Below are positions 51,994 to 60,996 of a stretch of DNA of 64,000 nucleotides, in pieces. The translations under genes were made by a program, and so were the position numbers. Source of the DNA: Kiloniellaceae bacterium (GTDB lineage Bacteria > Pseudomonadota > Alphaproteobacteria > Kiloniellales > J153); contig JBHHZJ010000007.1 of assembly GCA_046758005.1 (NCBI GenBank), positions 163-64,162 of the forward strand, read 5' to 3'. Position 1 is the first letter of the stretch, and each line of letters opens with the position of its first letter. The notes under the pieces are model-generated. The model saw only the letters and a list, made by a program, of their open reading frames with translations, ran no database searches and had not been told where the DNA came from.

Positions 51994-54144
51994 TTGACTG
52001 AAAGCCCGAAGAGAGACGGACCCGATTGCGCCGAACGGCTCGGCTTGCGCCCACTGCTCGAGCCGGGTTCGGTTGCCATTTTGGGCGCCTCGAACGATCC
52101 CGCGCGCATCGGCGGGCGGCCGCTGCGCTACATGCTCGAGGCCGGTTTCGAGCGGCCGATCTATCCGATCAATCCGAACCGCGATACGGTCCAGGGCTTG
52201 CGCGCCTATCCCTCCATTGCCGAGGCGCCGGCACCGATCGACTGCGCGATCATCGCCCTGCCGGCCGACATCGTCGCGGATGCGTTGGAGGACTGCGCGG
52301 CCAACGGCGTGAAGTCGGCCGTGATCTTCAGCTCCGGCTTCGCCGAAACCGGGCCGGAGGGGACCGTTCGCCAGGCGCGCCTTGCGCGGATCGCGCGGCG
52401 CAGGGGAATTCGGGTCGTGGGGCCCAATTGCCTGGGCCTGTTCAACGCGGCTTCGGGATTCTACGCGACCTTTTCGACCAGCCTCGACGGCGGCTACCCG
52501 GACCCCGGCAGCGTCGCCATCGTCAGTCAAAGCGGCGCCTACGGCAGCCACGTCTTCGCCCTGGCCAGGGCCAAGGGGTTGGGTGTGCGGTATTGGATCA
52601 CGACCGGCAACGAAAGTGACGTCGAGATCGGAGAGTGCCTCACGTGGGCGGCGCAGGCCGACGAGATTGCGGTGATCGTCGCCTATGCCGAAGGGGTCCG
52701 CGACCGGGACACCTTCCTCCAAGGGCTTGCGCTGGCGCGCGACAGGCGCAAGCCGGTCGTCTTCATGAAGGTCGGGCGCAGCGCGGTCGGCGCGGCGGCC
52801 GCGGCCTCGCACACGGCGGCCCTTGCCGGCTCGGACGCGATCTACGACGCCATATTCCGCCAATACGGCGTGCATCGGGCGCACGACACCGAGGACATGC
52901 TCGATGTCGCCTACGCCTGCACGGCCGGGCTCTATCCCGCGGGCAACAGGATCGGCCTGGTCACGATCTCCGGCGGCGTCGGGGTGCAAATGGCCGACGA
53001 CGCGATCGACCTCGGCCTCGACGTCGCGCCGATGCCCGAGCCGGCCCAGGCCCGACTGAAGGAGGTCCTGCCCTACGCCGCGCCGCGCAACCCGGTCGAT
53101 ATCACGGCGCAGGCCTTCAATGACCTGAGCCTGGTGTCCAAGAACTTCTCACTGATGCTCGAAGAGGGCCGGTACGACGTGATCGTCGCCTTCTTCACAA
53201 TGGTGGCGGCCTCTCGCTACATCGTCGACGATCTGCTGAAAGCGCTCGGCGCGCTGCGCCGGCGTTTTCGGGATCGGCTGATCATCATGTCGATCGTCGC
53301 CCCGCCCGAGATCGTGCGCCGCTACGAAGCGGCGGGCTACCTCGTGTTCGAGGACCCCAGCCGGGCCGTCGCGGCGGCCGCGGCGCTGGTCGGATTCGGC
53401 CGCGGTTTCGCACGGGCACGGCCGGCGCCGCCGCCGGATTTGCCGGATGGGCCGATCGAGATACCCGATCGCGACCTGAGCGAGCGGGAGTCGAAGGCCA
53501 TCCTCGCCGCGGCCGGCCTGCCGGTCATCGAAGAGCGCGTGGCGCGCGGCGTCGAGGAGGCGGCCAACGCGGCCCGGGAAACGGGCTTCCCGGTCGCGAT
53601 GAAGCTCAACTCGCCCGACATCGCCCACAAGACCGACATCGGCGGCGTTCTTCTCGACATCGATTCGGTCGAGGCGGTGCGGCGGGGCTACGAGACACTG
53701 TTGTCGCGCGCAAGCGCGGCCAAGCCCGCGGCGCGGCGCGACGGCGTCCTGATCGGACCGATGGCGCCGAGGGGAATCGAGACGATCCTGGGCGTGCAGC
53801 GCGACCCCGTCTTCGGCCCCGCCGTGATGTTCGGTCTGGGCGGGGTCTTCGTCGAGGTTCTGCACGACGTCGCCTTTCGTCTCGCGCCGTTCGGCGAGGA
53901 CGAGGCCCATCGCATGATCCGCGAGATCAAGGGCCTCAAGGTCCTGCAGGGCGTCCGCGGCCAGCCGCCGGCGGACCTCGATGCGCTGGCCAGGGCGCTG
54001 GCGCGGCTCTCCGCCTTTGCGGCGGCCTGCGCCGATCAAATCGAAAGCATCGACGTCAACCCCTTTCTGGTCCTGCCCGAGGGCCAAGGGGCGCTGGCGT
54101 TGGACGCTCTGATCACCCCTTGGCGTGGCGGGGCCAAGACATGA
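51994..54144 (+). CDS. ADP-forming acyl-CoA synthetase (NDP-forming, CoA-binding + ATP-grasp fusion)
   Basis: 716 aa. CoA-binding N-terminus (SVAILGASNDPARIGGRP), a succinyl-CoA-ligase-like domain with GNESD, and a C-terminal ATP-grasp. Start uncertain: TTG at 51994 or TTG at 52045. Confidence 0.85.
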   Translation: MTESPKRDGPDCAERLGLRPLLEPGSVAILGASNDPARIGGRPLRYMLEAGFERPIYPINPNRDTVQGLRAYPSIAEAPAPIDCAIIALPADIVADALEDCAANGVKSAVIFSSGFAETGPEGTVRQARLARIARRRGIRVVGPNCLGLFNAASGFYATFSTSLDGGYPDPGSVAIVSQSGAYGSHVFALARAKGLGVRYWITTGNESDVEIGECLTWAAQADEIAVIVAYAEGVRDRDTFLQGLALARDRRKPVVFMKVGRSAVGAAAAASHTAALAGSDAIYDAIFRQYGVHRAHDTEDMLDVAYACTAGLYPAGNRIGLVTISGGVGVQMADDAIDLGLDVAPMPEPAQARLKEVLPYAAPRNPVDITAQAFNDLSLVSKNFSLMLEEGRYDVIVAFFTMVAASRYIVDDLLKALGALRRRFRDRLIIMSIVAPPEIVRRYEAAGYLVFEDPSRAVAAAAALVGFGRGFARARPAPPPDLPDGPIEIPDRDLSERESKAILAAAGLPVIEERVARGVEEAANAARETGFPVAMKLNSPDIAHKTDIGGVLLDIDSVEAVRRGYETLLSRASAAKPAARRDGVLIGPMAPRGIETILGVQRDPVFGPAVMFGLGGVFVEVLHDVAFRLAPFGEDEAHRMIREIKGLKVLQGVRGQPPADLDALARALARLSAFAAACADQIESIDVNPFLVLPEGQGALALDALITPWRGGAKT

Positions 54145-54319
54145 CGCCCGTGCTCTATCGGGCGGACGAGGCTCGCCGAGCCGCCCGGAATCCGTCTCCC
54201 GGTCCCGCGCGGCGGGCCGACGTGGCCGGCCCATGCCGACAATGCGGCCGCCGTGACGAAGGCCATGGCCGCGGCCAGGCTTTGAAAACAAGACGGGTGC
54301 AGGTAGAGGGGAAACGAGC

Positions 54320-55474
54320 GTGAGTCTGGACCGGGAAACCTTCGATCAGCTGATCGACACCGTTCGCCGCTTCGTGGAGGAGCGGCTGGTGCCACACGAA
54401 GCGGAGGTCGGCGCGAGCGATCGCATCCCCGATTACCTGGTCGACGAGATGCGTGAACTGGGCCTGTTCGGCCTTTCAATTCCTCAGGAATACGGTGGCA
54501 TCGGACTCGACGTGGAGGAGGAGGTCCGCGTGGCGGTCGAGCTGGGCCACACCTCGCCCGCATTCCGTTCCGTGTTCGGCACCAACAACGGAATTGGCAG
54601 CCAGGGAATCGTTATCGACGGCACGGAGGAGCAGAAGCGCCGCTACCTTCCGCGGCTGGCCAGTGGCGAGATCATCGGCTCGTTCTGCCTGACCGAGCCC
54701 GATGTAGGATCCGACGCCGCCTCGCTCAAGACGAGCGCGCGCCGCGACGGCGATCACTACGTCCTGAACGGAACCAAGCGCTACATCACCAACGCGCCGC
54801 TGGCGAGCCTGTTCACCGTCATGGCGCGCAGCGATCCGCAGAACAAGGGCGCCGGCGGGGTTTCGGCTTTTCTGGTCGAGGCGGACAATCCGGGCGTCAA
54901 GCTGGGCAAGATCGACCGGAAGATGGGTCAGAAGGGCGCCCATATCTGCGACGTCATTTTCGAGGACTGCCGGGTCCCGGCGAGCGCGATCATCGGCGGC
55001 CAGGAGGGACAGGGGTTCAAGACGGCGATGAAGGTGCTGGACCGCGGACGACTCACCATCGCCGGGGTTTGCGTCGGCGTCGCCGAGCGGCTGATTCGGG
55101 ATTCGCTCCGCTACGCGACGGAGCGCACCCAGTTCGGCAAGCCGATCGCGGAGTTTCAACTGATCCAGGCCATGCTGGCCGACTGCGGGACCGAATGCTA
55201 TGCCGCCAAGACCATGGTGCTGGACGCCGCGCGCAAGGCGGACGCGGGAAAGACGGTGACCAAGGAGGCGGCCATGTGCAAGTACTACGCCTCGGAAATG
55301 GTCGGCCGGGTCGCCGACCGCGCGGTGCAGATTTACGGCGGGGCGGGCTACGTGAGCGAATACGGCATCGAGCGGTTCTACCGCGACGTTCGGCTATTCC
55401 GCATCTACGAGGGCACCTCGCAGATCCAGCAGCTCATCATCGCCCGCAACATGTTGAAAGAGTTTCTGGAATGA
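54320..55474 (+). CDS. Acyl-CoA dehydrogenase (canonical short/medium-chain type)
   Basis: 384 aa. CLTEPDVGSDA, and the canonical catalytic-base region RLFRIYEGTSQIQQLIIAR. GTG start preceded by GAGGGGAAA. Confidence 0.92.
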   Translation: MSLDRETFDQLIDTVRRFVEERLVPHEAEVGASDRIPDYLVDEMRELGLFGLSIPQEYGGIGLDVEEEVRVAVELGHTSPAFRSVFGTNNGIGSQGIVIDGTEEQKRRYLPRLASGEIIGSFCLTEPDVGSDAASLKTSARRDGDHYVLNGTKRYITNAPLASLFTVMARSDPQNKGAGGVSAFLVEADNPGVKLGKIDRKMGQKGAHICDVIFEDCRVPASAIIGGQEGQGFKTAMKVLDRGRLTIAGVCVGVAERLIRDSLRYATERTQFGKPIAEFQLIQAMLADCGTECYAAKTMVLDAARKADAGKTVTKEAAMCKYYASEMVGRVADRAVQIYGGAGYVSEYGIERFYRDVRLFRIYEGTSQIQQLIIARNMLKEFLE

Positions 55475-57051
55475 GCCCGGCGGAGCGGGCCGACCGGAGC
55501 GCGGCGCCCGACCCGCCGTTCGACGCCTTCGCGCGAATCGACGACCCGGCCGCCTTTTGGGCTCGCCACACACCCGGCGCCCCGGCCGTCTCGCAAGGCG
55601 GCGTGGTGCGCGCTTACGCCGACTTCGCGGCCGATATCGAGCGCGGCGCGGCCTTTCTCGCCGACCGGGGCGTGGGGCCGGGCGACCGCGTGCTTCTGGT
55701 CATCGAGAATGGGCTGGCCGCGGCCACCCTATTGCTCGCGGTATCGAAAGTCGGCGCCTGGGCCGTGCCCGTGAACGCGCGACTTTCGCCGCGCGAGGTG
55801 GAGACCATCCGGGCGCACGCACGCCCGAGGATCAGCGTCTACAGCGTCGCCGTCTCGCCCGAGGCCAAGGCGCATGCCGAGCGGGACGCGGCGCTCCCGG
55901 CCCTGGAACTGGACACGCTGGGCGCAGTCTACCGGCCGGCCCGGGAAGACGTCACGCCGGAGAGCGAGCCCCCCGAACCGCGCGAGCGGATCGCGGCGGT
56001 GCTCTACACATCCGGGACGACCGGCGCGCCCAAGGGAATCATGTTGAGCCACGCCAACCTGTTATTCGTTGCCGGACGCACCGCTTGGATGCGGCGACTG
56101 GGCCCGAGCGACCGCGTCTATGGCGTGCTGCCCGTCAGCCATGTCTACGGCTTGGCCTCGGTGTTACTGGGGGCGCTGTACCGCGGCGCGCGGATCGACC
56201 TCGTGCCGCGCTTCGTTCCCGAGGAAGCGGCCCGGGCGCTGGTCGAGGACGGCATCACGGTGTTCCAGGGGGTGCCGACGATCTATGCGCATCTCGTCTC
56301 GCTCGCTGCCGCACGGGGGGCCTCGTTGAGCGCGCCCCGGCTGCGCCACATCTCGGTCGGCGGCGCGCCCCTGGATCTGACCCTGAAGCGCAAGGTGGAG
56401 GCGATGTTCGGGATTCCGCTGCACAATGGCTACGGCCTCACCGAAGCCTCGCCCGCCGTCTCCACCACCCCGATGGGGCGGCGCAGCGAAGATGACACTG
56501 TCGGAACGCCCCTGCCCGATGTCGAGATCCGCATCGTCGACCGCCGCGGTCATCCGCTGCCTGCGGGCGAAATCGGCGAGTTATGGGTGCGCGGGGGCTC
56601 GGTGATGAAGGGCTACTACCGCGACCCCAAGGGCACGGCCGAAGTCCTGACGCCCGAGAGATGGCTCAAGACGGGCGATCTCGCCCGGCGATCCAAGGAC
56701 GGTGACCTCTACATCGTAGGCCGGCTGAAGGAGGTCATCATCCGCTCCGGCTTCAACGTCTATCCGGTGGAACTGGAAGCAGTGATCGCGAGCCATCCCG
56801 ATGTCGCGCTCGCCGCGGTGGTCGGCCGCCGCCGGGACGGCAACGAGGAGGCGGTGGCCTTCGTGCAACCGCAGCCGGGGACTTCGCTCGACCTCGACGA
56901 ACTGGCCGCCTACGTGGCCCAACGTCTGGCGCCCTACAAGCGGCCGGCGCACTACGTCCTGCGCGCCACCCTGCCGGTAACCTCGGCCGGCAAGATCCTG
57001 AAACACAAGCTCAAGAAGGAGCTGGAGCGCGGACCGCGCCGCGGGTCGTAA
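55471..57051 (+). CDS. AMP-forming acyl-CoA ligase (ANL superfamily)
   Basis: ATGA overlap with the preceding ACAD stop. AMP-binding motif YTSGTTGAPKG, plus GYGLTE, TGDLA and a C-terminal GKILK. Confidence 0.9.
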   Translation: MSPAERADRSAAPDPPFDAFARIDDPAAFWARHTPGAPAVSQGGVVRAYADFAADIERGAAFLADRGVGPGDRVLLVIENGLAAATLLLAVSKVGAWAVPVNARLSPREVETIRAHARPRISVYSVAVSPEAKAHAERDAALPALELDTLGAVYRPAREDVTPESEPPEPRERIAAVLYTSGTTGAPKGIMLSHANLLFVAGRTAWMRRLGPSDRVYGVLPVSHVYGLASVLLGALYRGARIDLVPRFVPEEAARALVEDGITVFQGVPTIYAHLVSLAAARGASLSAPRLRHISVGGAPLDLTLKRKVEAMFGIPLHNGYGLTEASPAVSTTPMGRRSEDDTVGTPLPDVEIRIVDRRGHPLPAGEIGELWVRGGSVMKGYYRDPKGTAEVLTPERWLKTGDLARRSKDGDLYIVGRLKEVIIRSGFNVYPVELEAVIASHPDVALAAVVGRRRDGNEEAVAFVQPQPGTSLDLDELAAYVAQRLAPYKRPAHYVLRATLPVTSAGKILKHKLKKELERGPRRGS

Positions 57052-57319
57052 TGTCGCAGTGTCGTGGCCCCCCGCGCCCCGACGGGCCCCTTCGACACGG
57101 CACGGAACAACCCGGCGGTTCCCGCCGCCCCGCGGCAGATCGCCGAATCGGCGGTTGGCATCTATCTCGTTTGATACAGGTCAACGCGCCGGCCGAAACG
57201 CCCGTTCAGTGTAGTGATGTTCTCATATCGCCGCCGGGGAGCTGTCGGCGCAAAGCCTGCGGAAAAGCAAGGCGGGCCATACCGGTTGCGAACGGGCAGA
57301 CGCGCACGGGGGGACATCG

Positions 57320-58438
57320 ATGGTACCACTGACACCCGAACAAGCCCGTCTGGAGGTCGGCGATCGCGTGCCCGACATGGGCTGGCTCGACCAGCACGGG
57401 GACCGGTTCGCTCTGACGCAATCGATCCACGCCGGCCGGGTCTCCGTGCTTTTCATCTGTTCTTCGCTCGGGCACCCCGGCGCGGCCCGGGAGCTTGCCA
57501 CGTTCGCCGAGCTCTACGACAAGTTCCGCGCCCTCGATGCCCAGGTCTTCGCGGTGACCGCCGAGCCGGTGGCCGAAAACGCCGCGGCCGCCCAACGGCT
57601 CGGCCTGCCGTTCCCCATCCTCTCGGATGCAGGTTTCGCGAGCGGCCGGGCCGTGGGCCTGGCGGGCACCGTTACCACGGGCACGGGCGACGGAAACGGC
57701 AGGCCCTGGTGCACGGTGATCGTCAACCCGAACCAGCGGGTCGCCAAGCTGATCGATCCCTGGGGGCAGGACCAGCACGCGATCCCCGCCCTGGCGTATT
57801 GCAGCGCGTGGGCGGCGGCGATGGTCCCGACGGTGGGGACCCCGCAGGCGCCGGTGCTCATCGTCCCGGACGTGCTCAGCCCGGAGCACTGCGCGCGCCT
57901 CATCGATTACTGGGAGAAGGGCGAGCGTTACGAGGGCGGGGTGGCGAGCGGCGAGTACGGCAGAATGGTCCCGGTAAGCGACGTAAAGGTCCGCGAGGAC
58001 GTGTTGCTGCCCGACCTCGGCCCGGAGGCGCAGGAGATCTTCGCCGTGTTTCGCCGGCGGCTGTTTCCCGAGGTCCGGAAAGCCTTCAACTTCCGGATCA
58101 CGCGGGCGGAGACCCTGCGCGTGGGCTGCTACGACGCGGCCGACGGCGGGCACTTCAGGGCCCACCGGGACGATACCACACCCTATACGGCGCATCGGCG
58201 CTTCGCCGTCTCCGTGAACCTCAATGCCGGCGAGTACGAGGGGGGATTCGTGACCTTCCCGGAATACGGGCCGCAGCTCTTCCGCGCGGACATCGGCGGC
58301 GCGGCCGTCTTCTCGTGTTCGATGCTGCACGAGGTGACAAAGGTGACCTCCGGGCGGCGCTTCATCCTGCTCGGCTTCTTTTACAGCGAGGCCGAGGAGG
58401 CCCTGCGGCAAAGTCTGAACGCCCAAAGACAGGCTTAG
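57320..58438 (+). CDS. Fusion protein: N-terminal redoxin/AhpC-TSA-like domain + C-terminal 2OG-Fe(II) oxygenase (prolyl-4-hydroxylase-like) domain
   Basis: Residues ~1-115 have a thioredoxin-fold Prx-like layout (VGDRVPDMGWLDQHGDRF..VSVLFICSS...LGLPFPILSD). Residues ~170-372 carry the HxD...H facial triad (AHRDD, MLHEV) and a 2OG-binding Arg (SGRRF). Confidence 0.8.
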   Translation: MVPLTPEQARLEVGDRVPDMGWLDQHGDRFALTQSIHAGRVSVLFICSSLGHPGAARELATFAELYDKFRALDAQVFAVTAEPVAENAAAAQRLGLPFPILSDAGFASGRAVGLAGTVTTGTGDGNGRPWCTVIVNPNQRVAKLIDPWGQDQHAIPALAYCSAWAAAMVPTVGTPQAPVLIVPDVLSPEHCARLIDYWEKGERYEGGVASGEYGRMVPVSDVKVREDVLLPDLGPEAQEIFAVFRRRLFPEVRKAFNFRITRAETLRVGCYDAADGGHFRAHRDDTTPYTAHRRFAVSVNLNAGEYEGGFVTFPEYGPQLFRADIGGAAVFSCSMLHEVTKVTSGRRFILLGFFYSEAEEALRQSLNAQRQA

Positions 58439-58496
58439 AGACCGACTCGAAATGAATGGATGGATTTCAATGTCTTGCGGCTGCAGTTGTTCCCCT

Positions 58497-58587
58497 TGTT
58501 GTCACCCTCGCGCTTGACGCGAGGGTCCATCCATCAGCGAGACTGCGACCTCGATGGATTGCCGGATCAAGTCCGGCAATGACAAAT
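58497..58587. repeat. Composite double-hairpin intergenic repeat element
   Basis: Hairpin A is CCCTCGCG-CTTGA-CGCGAGGG (58505-58525). Hairpin B is ATTGCCGGA-TCAAG-TCCGGCAAT (58558-58580). Flanking arms are TTGTCAC / ATGACAA. When translated it gives the ...AGLDPAIH / MDCRIKSGND-type peptide strings that I recall recurring in alphaproteobacterial intergenic repeats. Confidence 0.6.
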
Positions 58588-58644
58588 TGAAGAACGGGTT
58601 GTGCCAACCCACTGATCGATAGAGCTTCATTTCGAGCCGGACAC

Positions 58645-59634
58645 TCAAAGACAAGCAAACGTCGCCGTCGTCGGTTGCATCGGGCGGTTGACGGGGTTGG
58701 CCAGGTGTGGTGTGCCGACATCCGACCCGGCGATGCCGGCGCGCGATTCGACGCGCGAGGGAGCTTCGCCAACCGATTCAGAATCCTCGATCCAGCTCGA
58801 AGCCGACCCCAGGACGACCTTGAGCGCCTCGACGATCCGCGCGCGCATCTCCCCGGTCAGGTCCGGCACGCGGCGTTGGCCGGGGGTTCGGCAAACGGCG
58901 GCAACGCATTCACGCACCGTTGTCGCGCCTTCGGCGGACACCGGCCGGCGCCCGGCCTCGGCCAGACGATAGAAGCGGTTCACGATTTCGATGGCCGGGA
59001 CAAGGTCGCAATCGACCAGCAGCGACGCATGGGCCAGCACGTAGCCGCGCCCCCGGCGGCCCGGCCCGCCGTCGATGCGCCAGGCCTGCGCCGTGCCTGC
59101 GATCTTCCTTCCTCGTGCGACCAGGTTGTAGCGGCCGTCGCAAAACGACCCCGGCACTTCGCCGAAGGCCACCGCCACGCCCATCCCATGCAGAGCGCGC
59201 CCGAGCGGGGCACAGAGGGCGTGATACACGGCCTCGAGAGAGACCCGGTGTTCCTCGTGCCGGGGCATAACGAGCGAGAGGTTCACGATTCCCGGACCCT
59301 GGGGCACCGCCGTTCCACCGGTGTCCCGGACCACGACCGGCCATCCCTCCTCCGCCAAGGCCGCAACGGCGGCCCCGAACCGCGGCAGGCCCGTTTCGCC
59401 CCGGCCGACCACGAGGGCGCGGCCGTTGTCCCACACGCGAACCGTTGGCGGACCGATGCCTCGCGCGGCCTTTCGCCCGAGATCGGCGTCACGCGCGACC
59501 CGGGCCTCCGGCCTGCCGCCGTCGTGATCATCGCGTACGGCCCAGCAGGAGAAGGCCGAAAAGACCTCACCGGCGCGCAGGTCGCTCGGCTGGCCAGGCC
59601 GCGCCCGCGCGCCGGAACCGCAGGCGTCAGCCAC
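58645..59634 (-). CDS. Lipoate-protein ligase / octanoyltransferase family protein (BPL_LplA_LipB catalytic domain only)
   Basis: Catalytic-domain motifs VVRDTGGTAVPQGPGIVNLSLV and the lysine-containing RGRKIAGTAQAW. The GTG start overlaps the stop of the lipoyl-domain gene by 8 nt. Confidence 0.8.
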   Translation of the reverse strand: MADACGSGARARPGQPSDLRAGEVFSAFSCWAVRDDHDGGRPEARVARDADLGRKAARGIGPPTVRVWDNGRALVVGRGETGLPRFGAAVAALAEEGWPVVVRDTGGTAVPQGPGIVNLSLVMPRHEEHRVSLEAVYHALCAPLGRALHGMGVAVAFGEVPGSFCDGRYNLVARGRKIAGTAQAWRIDGGPGRRGRGYVLAHASLLVDCDLVPAIEIVNRFYRLAEAGRRPVSAEGATTVRECVAAVCRTPGQRRVPDLTGEMRARIVEALKVVLGSASSWIEDSESVGEAPSRVESRAGIAGSDVGTPHLANPVNRPMQPTTATFACL

Positions 59635-59872
59635 CGGTATCGATCTCGGCGATCACCGTGCCGGGTCTTACCACGCCGTCCCGCGGCACCCTGATGTGCA
59701 AAGTGCCGGCAACCTCCGCCGCGATCTCGAAGCGGCTCTTCTCGACCATGATCTCCGCCACCTTCTCGCCGGCGGATACCGCGGACCCGTCTTGGTAGAA
59801 CCAGTTGGCGACGACGCCTTCCGGAATCGTCCTGGCGTCCCACAGGTCATCCGGTATCCGGACTTCGACCAT
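59627..59872 (-). CDS. Free-standing lipoyl-attachment domain protein (81 aa)
   Basis: MVEVRIPDD...GEKVAEIMVEKSRFEIAAEVAGTLHI...GTVIAEI has the E2-type lipoyl domain pattern, with the acceptor Lys in the E-K-S hairpin. The ATG lies 2 nt after the E1-beta stop. No catalytic domain follows. Confidence 0.82.
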   Translation of the reverse strand: MVEVRIPDDLWDARTIPEGVVANWFYQDGSAVSAGEKVAEIMVEKSRFEIAAEVAGTLHIRVPRDGVVRPGTVIAEIDTGG

Positions 59873-59874
59873 CG

Positions 59875-60894
59875 CTAACGTTCGGCACCCACGGTCGCCC
59901 GGACCGCCTCGGCGATCCTGTCGGCGTTGGGCAGCGCGAACTGCTCCATGGGCCGGCTGTAGGGGATCGGGATGTCGGGAAAGGCCACGCGCCGGGGCGC
60001 GGCTTTCAGGGCGGCGGGGTCGCGCTCCACCACCGAGGCGATGACCTCGGCCGTCACCCCGTAGCTGACGTAGTCCTCGTCCACGACCACGAGGCGGCCG
60101 GTTTTCTCCACCGACCTCACCACCGTGTCCCGGTCCAGGGGAACCAGGGTCCTCAGGTCGATGACCTCGGCGTCGATGCCGTCCTTCTCGAGACCGGCGG
60201 CCGCCTCCAGGGCCCGATGCACCATCAAGCCCAGTGCGACGACGGTGGCATCCTTCCCCTCTCGGATGACCGCGGCCTCTCCGAAGGGCAGCGTATAGGC
60301 CTCCTCCGGCACGACCGTCGCGGCGCCGTCCGGCGAGGTCATCCATCCCAGTCCCTGAAGCCCCTTGTGGAACATGTAGAGCACCGGATTGTCGTCGCGG
60401 ATGGCGGCGGTCATGAACCCCTTGGCGTCATAGGCGTTGGACGGGACGACGACTTTCAAGCCCGGCATGTGCGCGAAGGTGGCGAAGAGCGTCTGGGAAT
60501 GCTGGCCCGCGTCGTTGTAGCCGCCGCCCACCGCCGTCATGATCACCATGGGGACCGTCCAATCGCCGCCCGCGAAGTAGGTGTTCTTGGCGGCCAGATT
60601 GTAGATCGCGTCCATGCAGACCCCGAAGAAATCGACGAACATCAGCTCGGCAACGGGCCGCATCCCGGACATGGCGGCGCCGACGGCCGCGCCGATGAAG
60701 GCGGTCTCGGAAATCGGGGTGTCGCGGACGCGTTCGGGGCCGAACTCCTCGTGGAGCCCGGTCGTGGAGCCGAAGATGCCGCCATAAGGGCCGACATCCT
60801 CGCCCATGACGAAGACGTTCGGGTCGCTGCGCATTTCCTGGGCGATGGCCTCGGACATCGCCCGCGAGATGGTGAGAACGCGGTTGCTGGACAT
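59875..60894 (-). CDS. 2-oxoacid/acetoin dehydrogenase E1 component beta subunit (AcoB-like)
   Basis: 339 aa. Transketolase-like pyrimidine-binding and C-terminal domains (VFVMGEDVGPYGGIFGSTTGL, RVRDTPISE). Confidence 0.92.
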   Translation of the reverse strand: MSSNRVLTISRAMSEAIAQEMRSDPNVFVMGEDVGPYGGIFGSTTGLHEEFGPERVRDTPISETAFIGAAVGAAMSGMRPVAELMFVDFFGVCMDAIYNLAAKNTYFAGGDWTVPMVIMTAVGGGYNDAGQHSQTLFATFAHMPGLKVVVPSNAYDAKGFMTAAIRDDNPVLYMFHKGLQGLGWMTSPDGAATVVPEEAYTLPFGEAAVIREGKDATVVALGLMVHRALEAAAGLEKDGIDAEVIDLRTLVPLDRDTVVRSVEKTGRLVVVDEDYVSYGVTAEVIASVVERDPAALKAAPRRVAFPDIPIPYSRPMEQFALPNADRIAEAVRATVGAER

Positions 60895-60996
60895 CGCTTG
60901 TCTCCTCCGGGCGGCGGGCCCACGGCGAGGCGGAACCTTTGCCCCGTCTCTGCCCGCCCGCCGTCGCTAGGGTTGCGTTTATCGGCTCGAGGGTGT

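Noticed and set aside
58467-58772. 101-aa ORF in the gap between the oxygenase fusion gene and the ligase gene
   Set aside because: Its sequence is just the translation of the double-hairpin repeat element (…LDPAIH…-type peptide strings I recall recurring in alphaproteobacterial repeats). It overlaps the 3' end of the ligase gene and has no start context.
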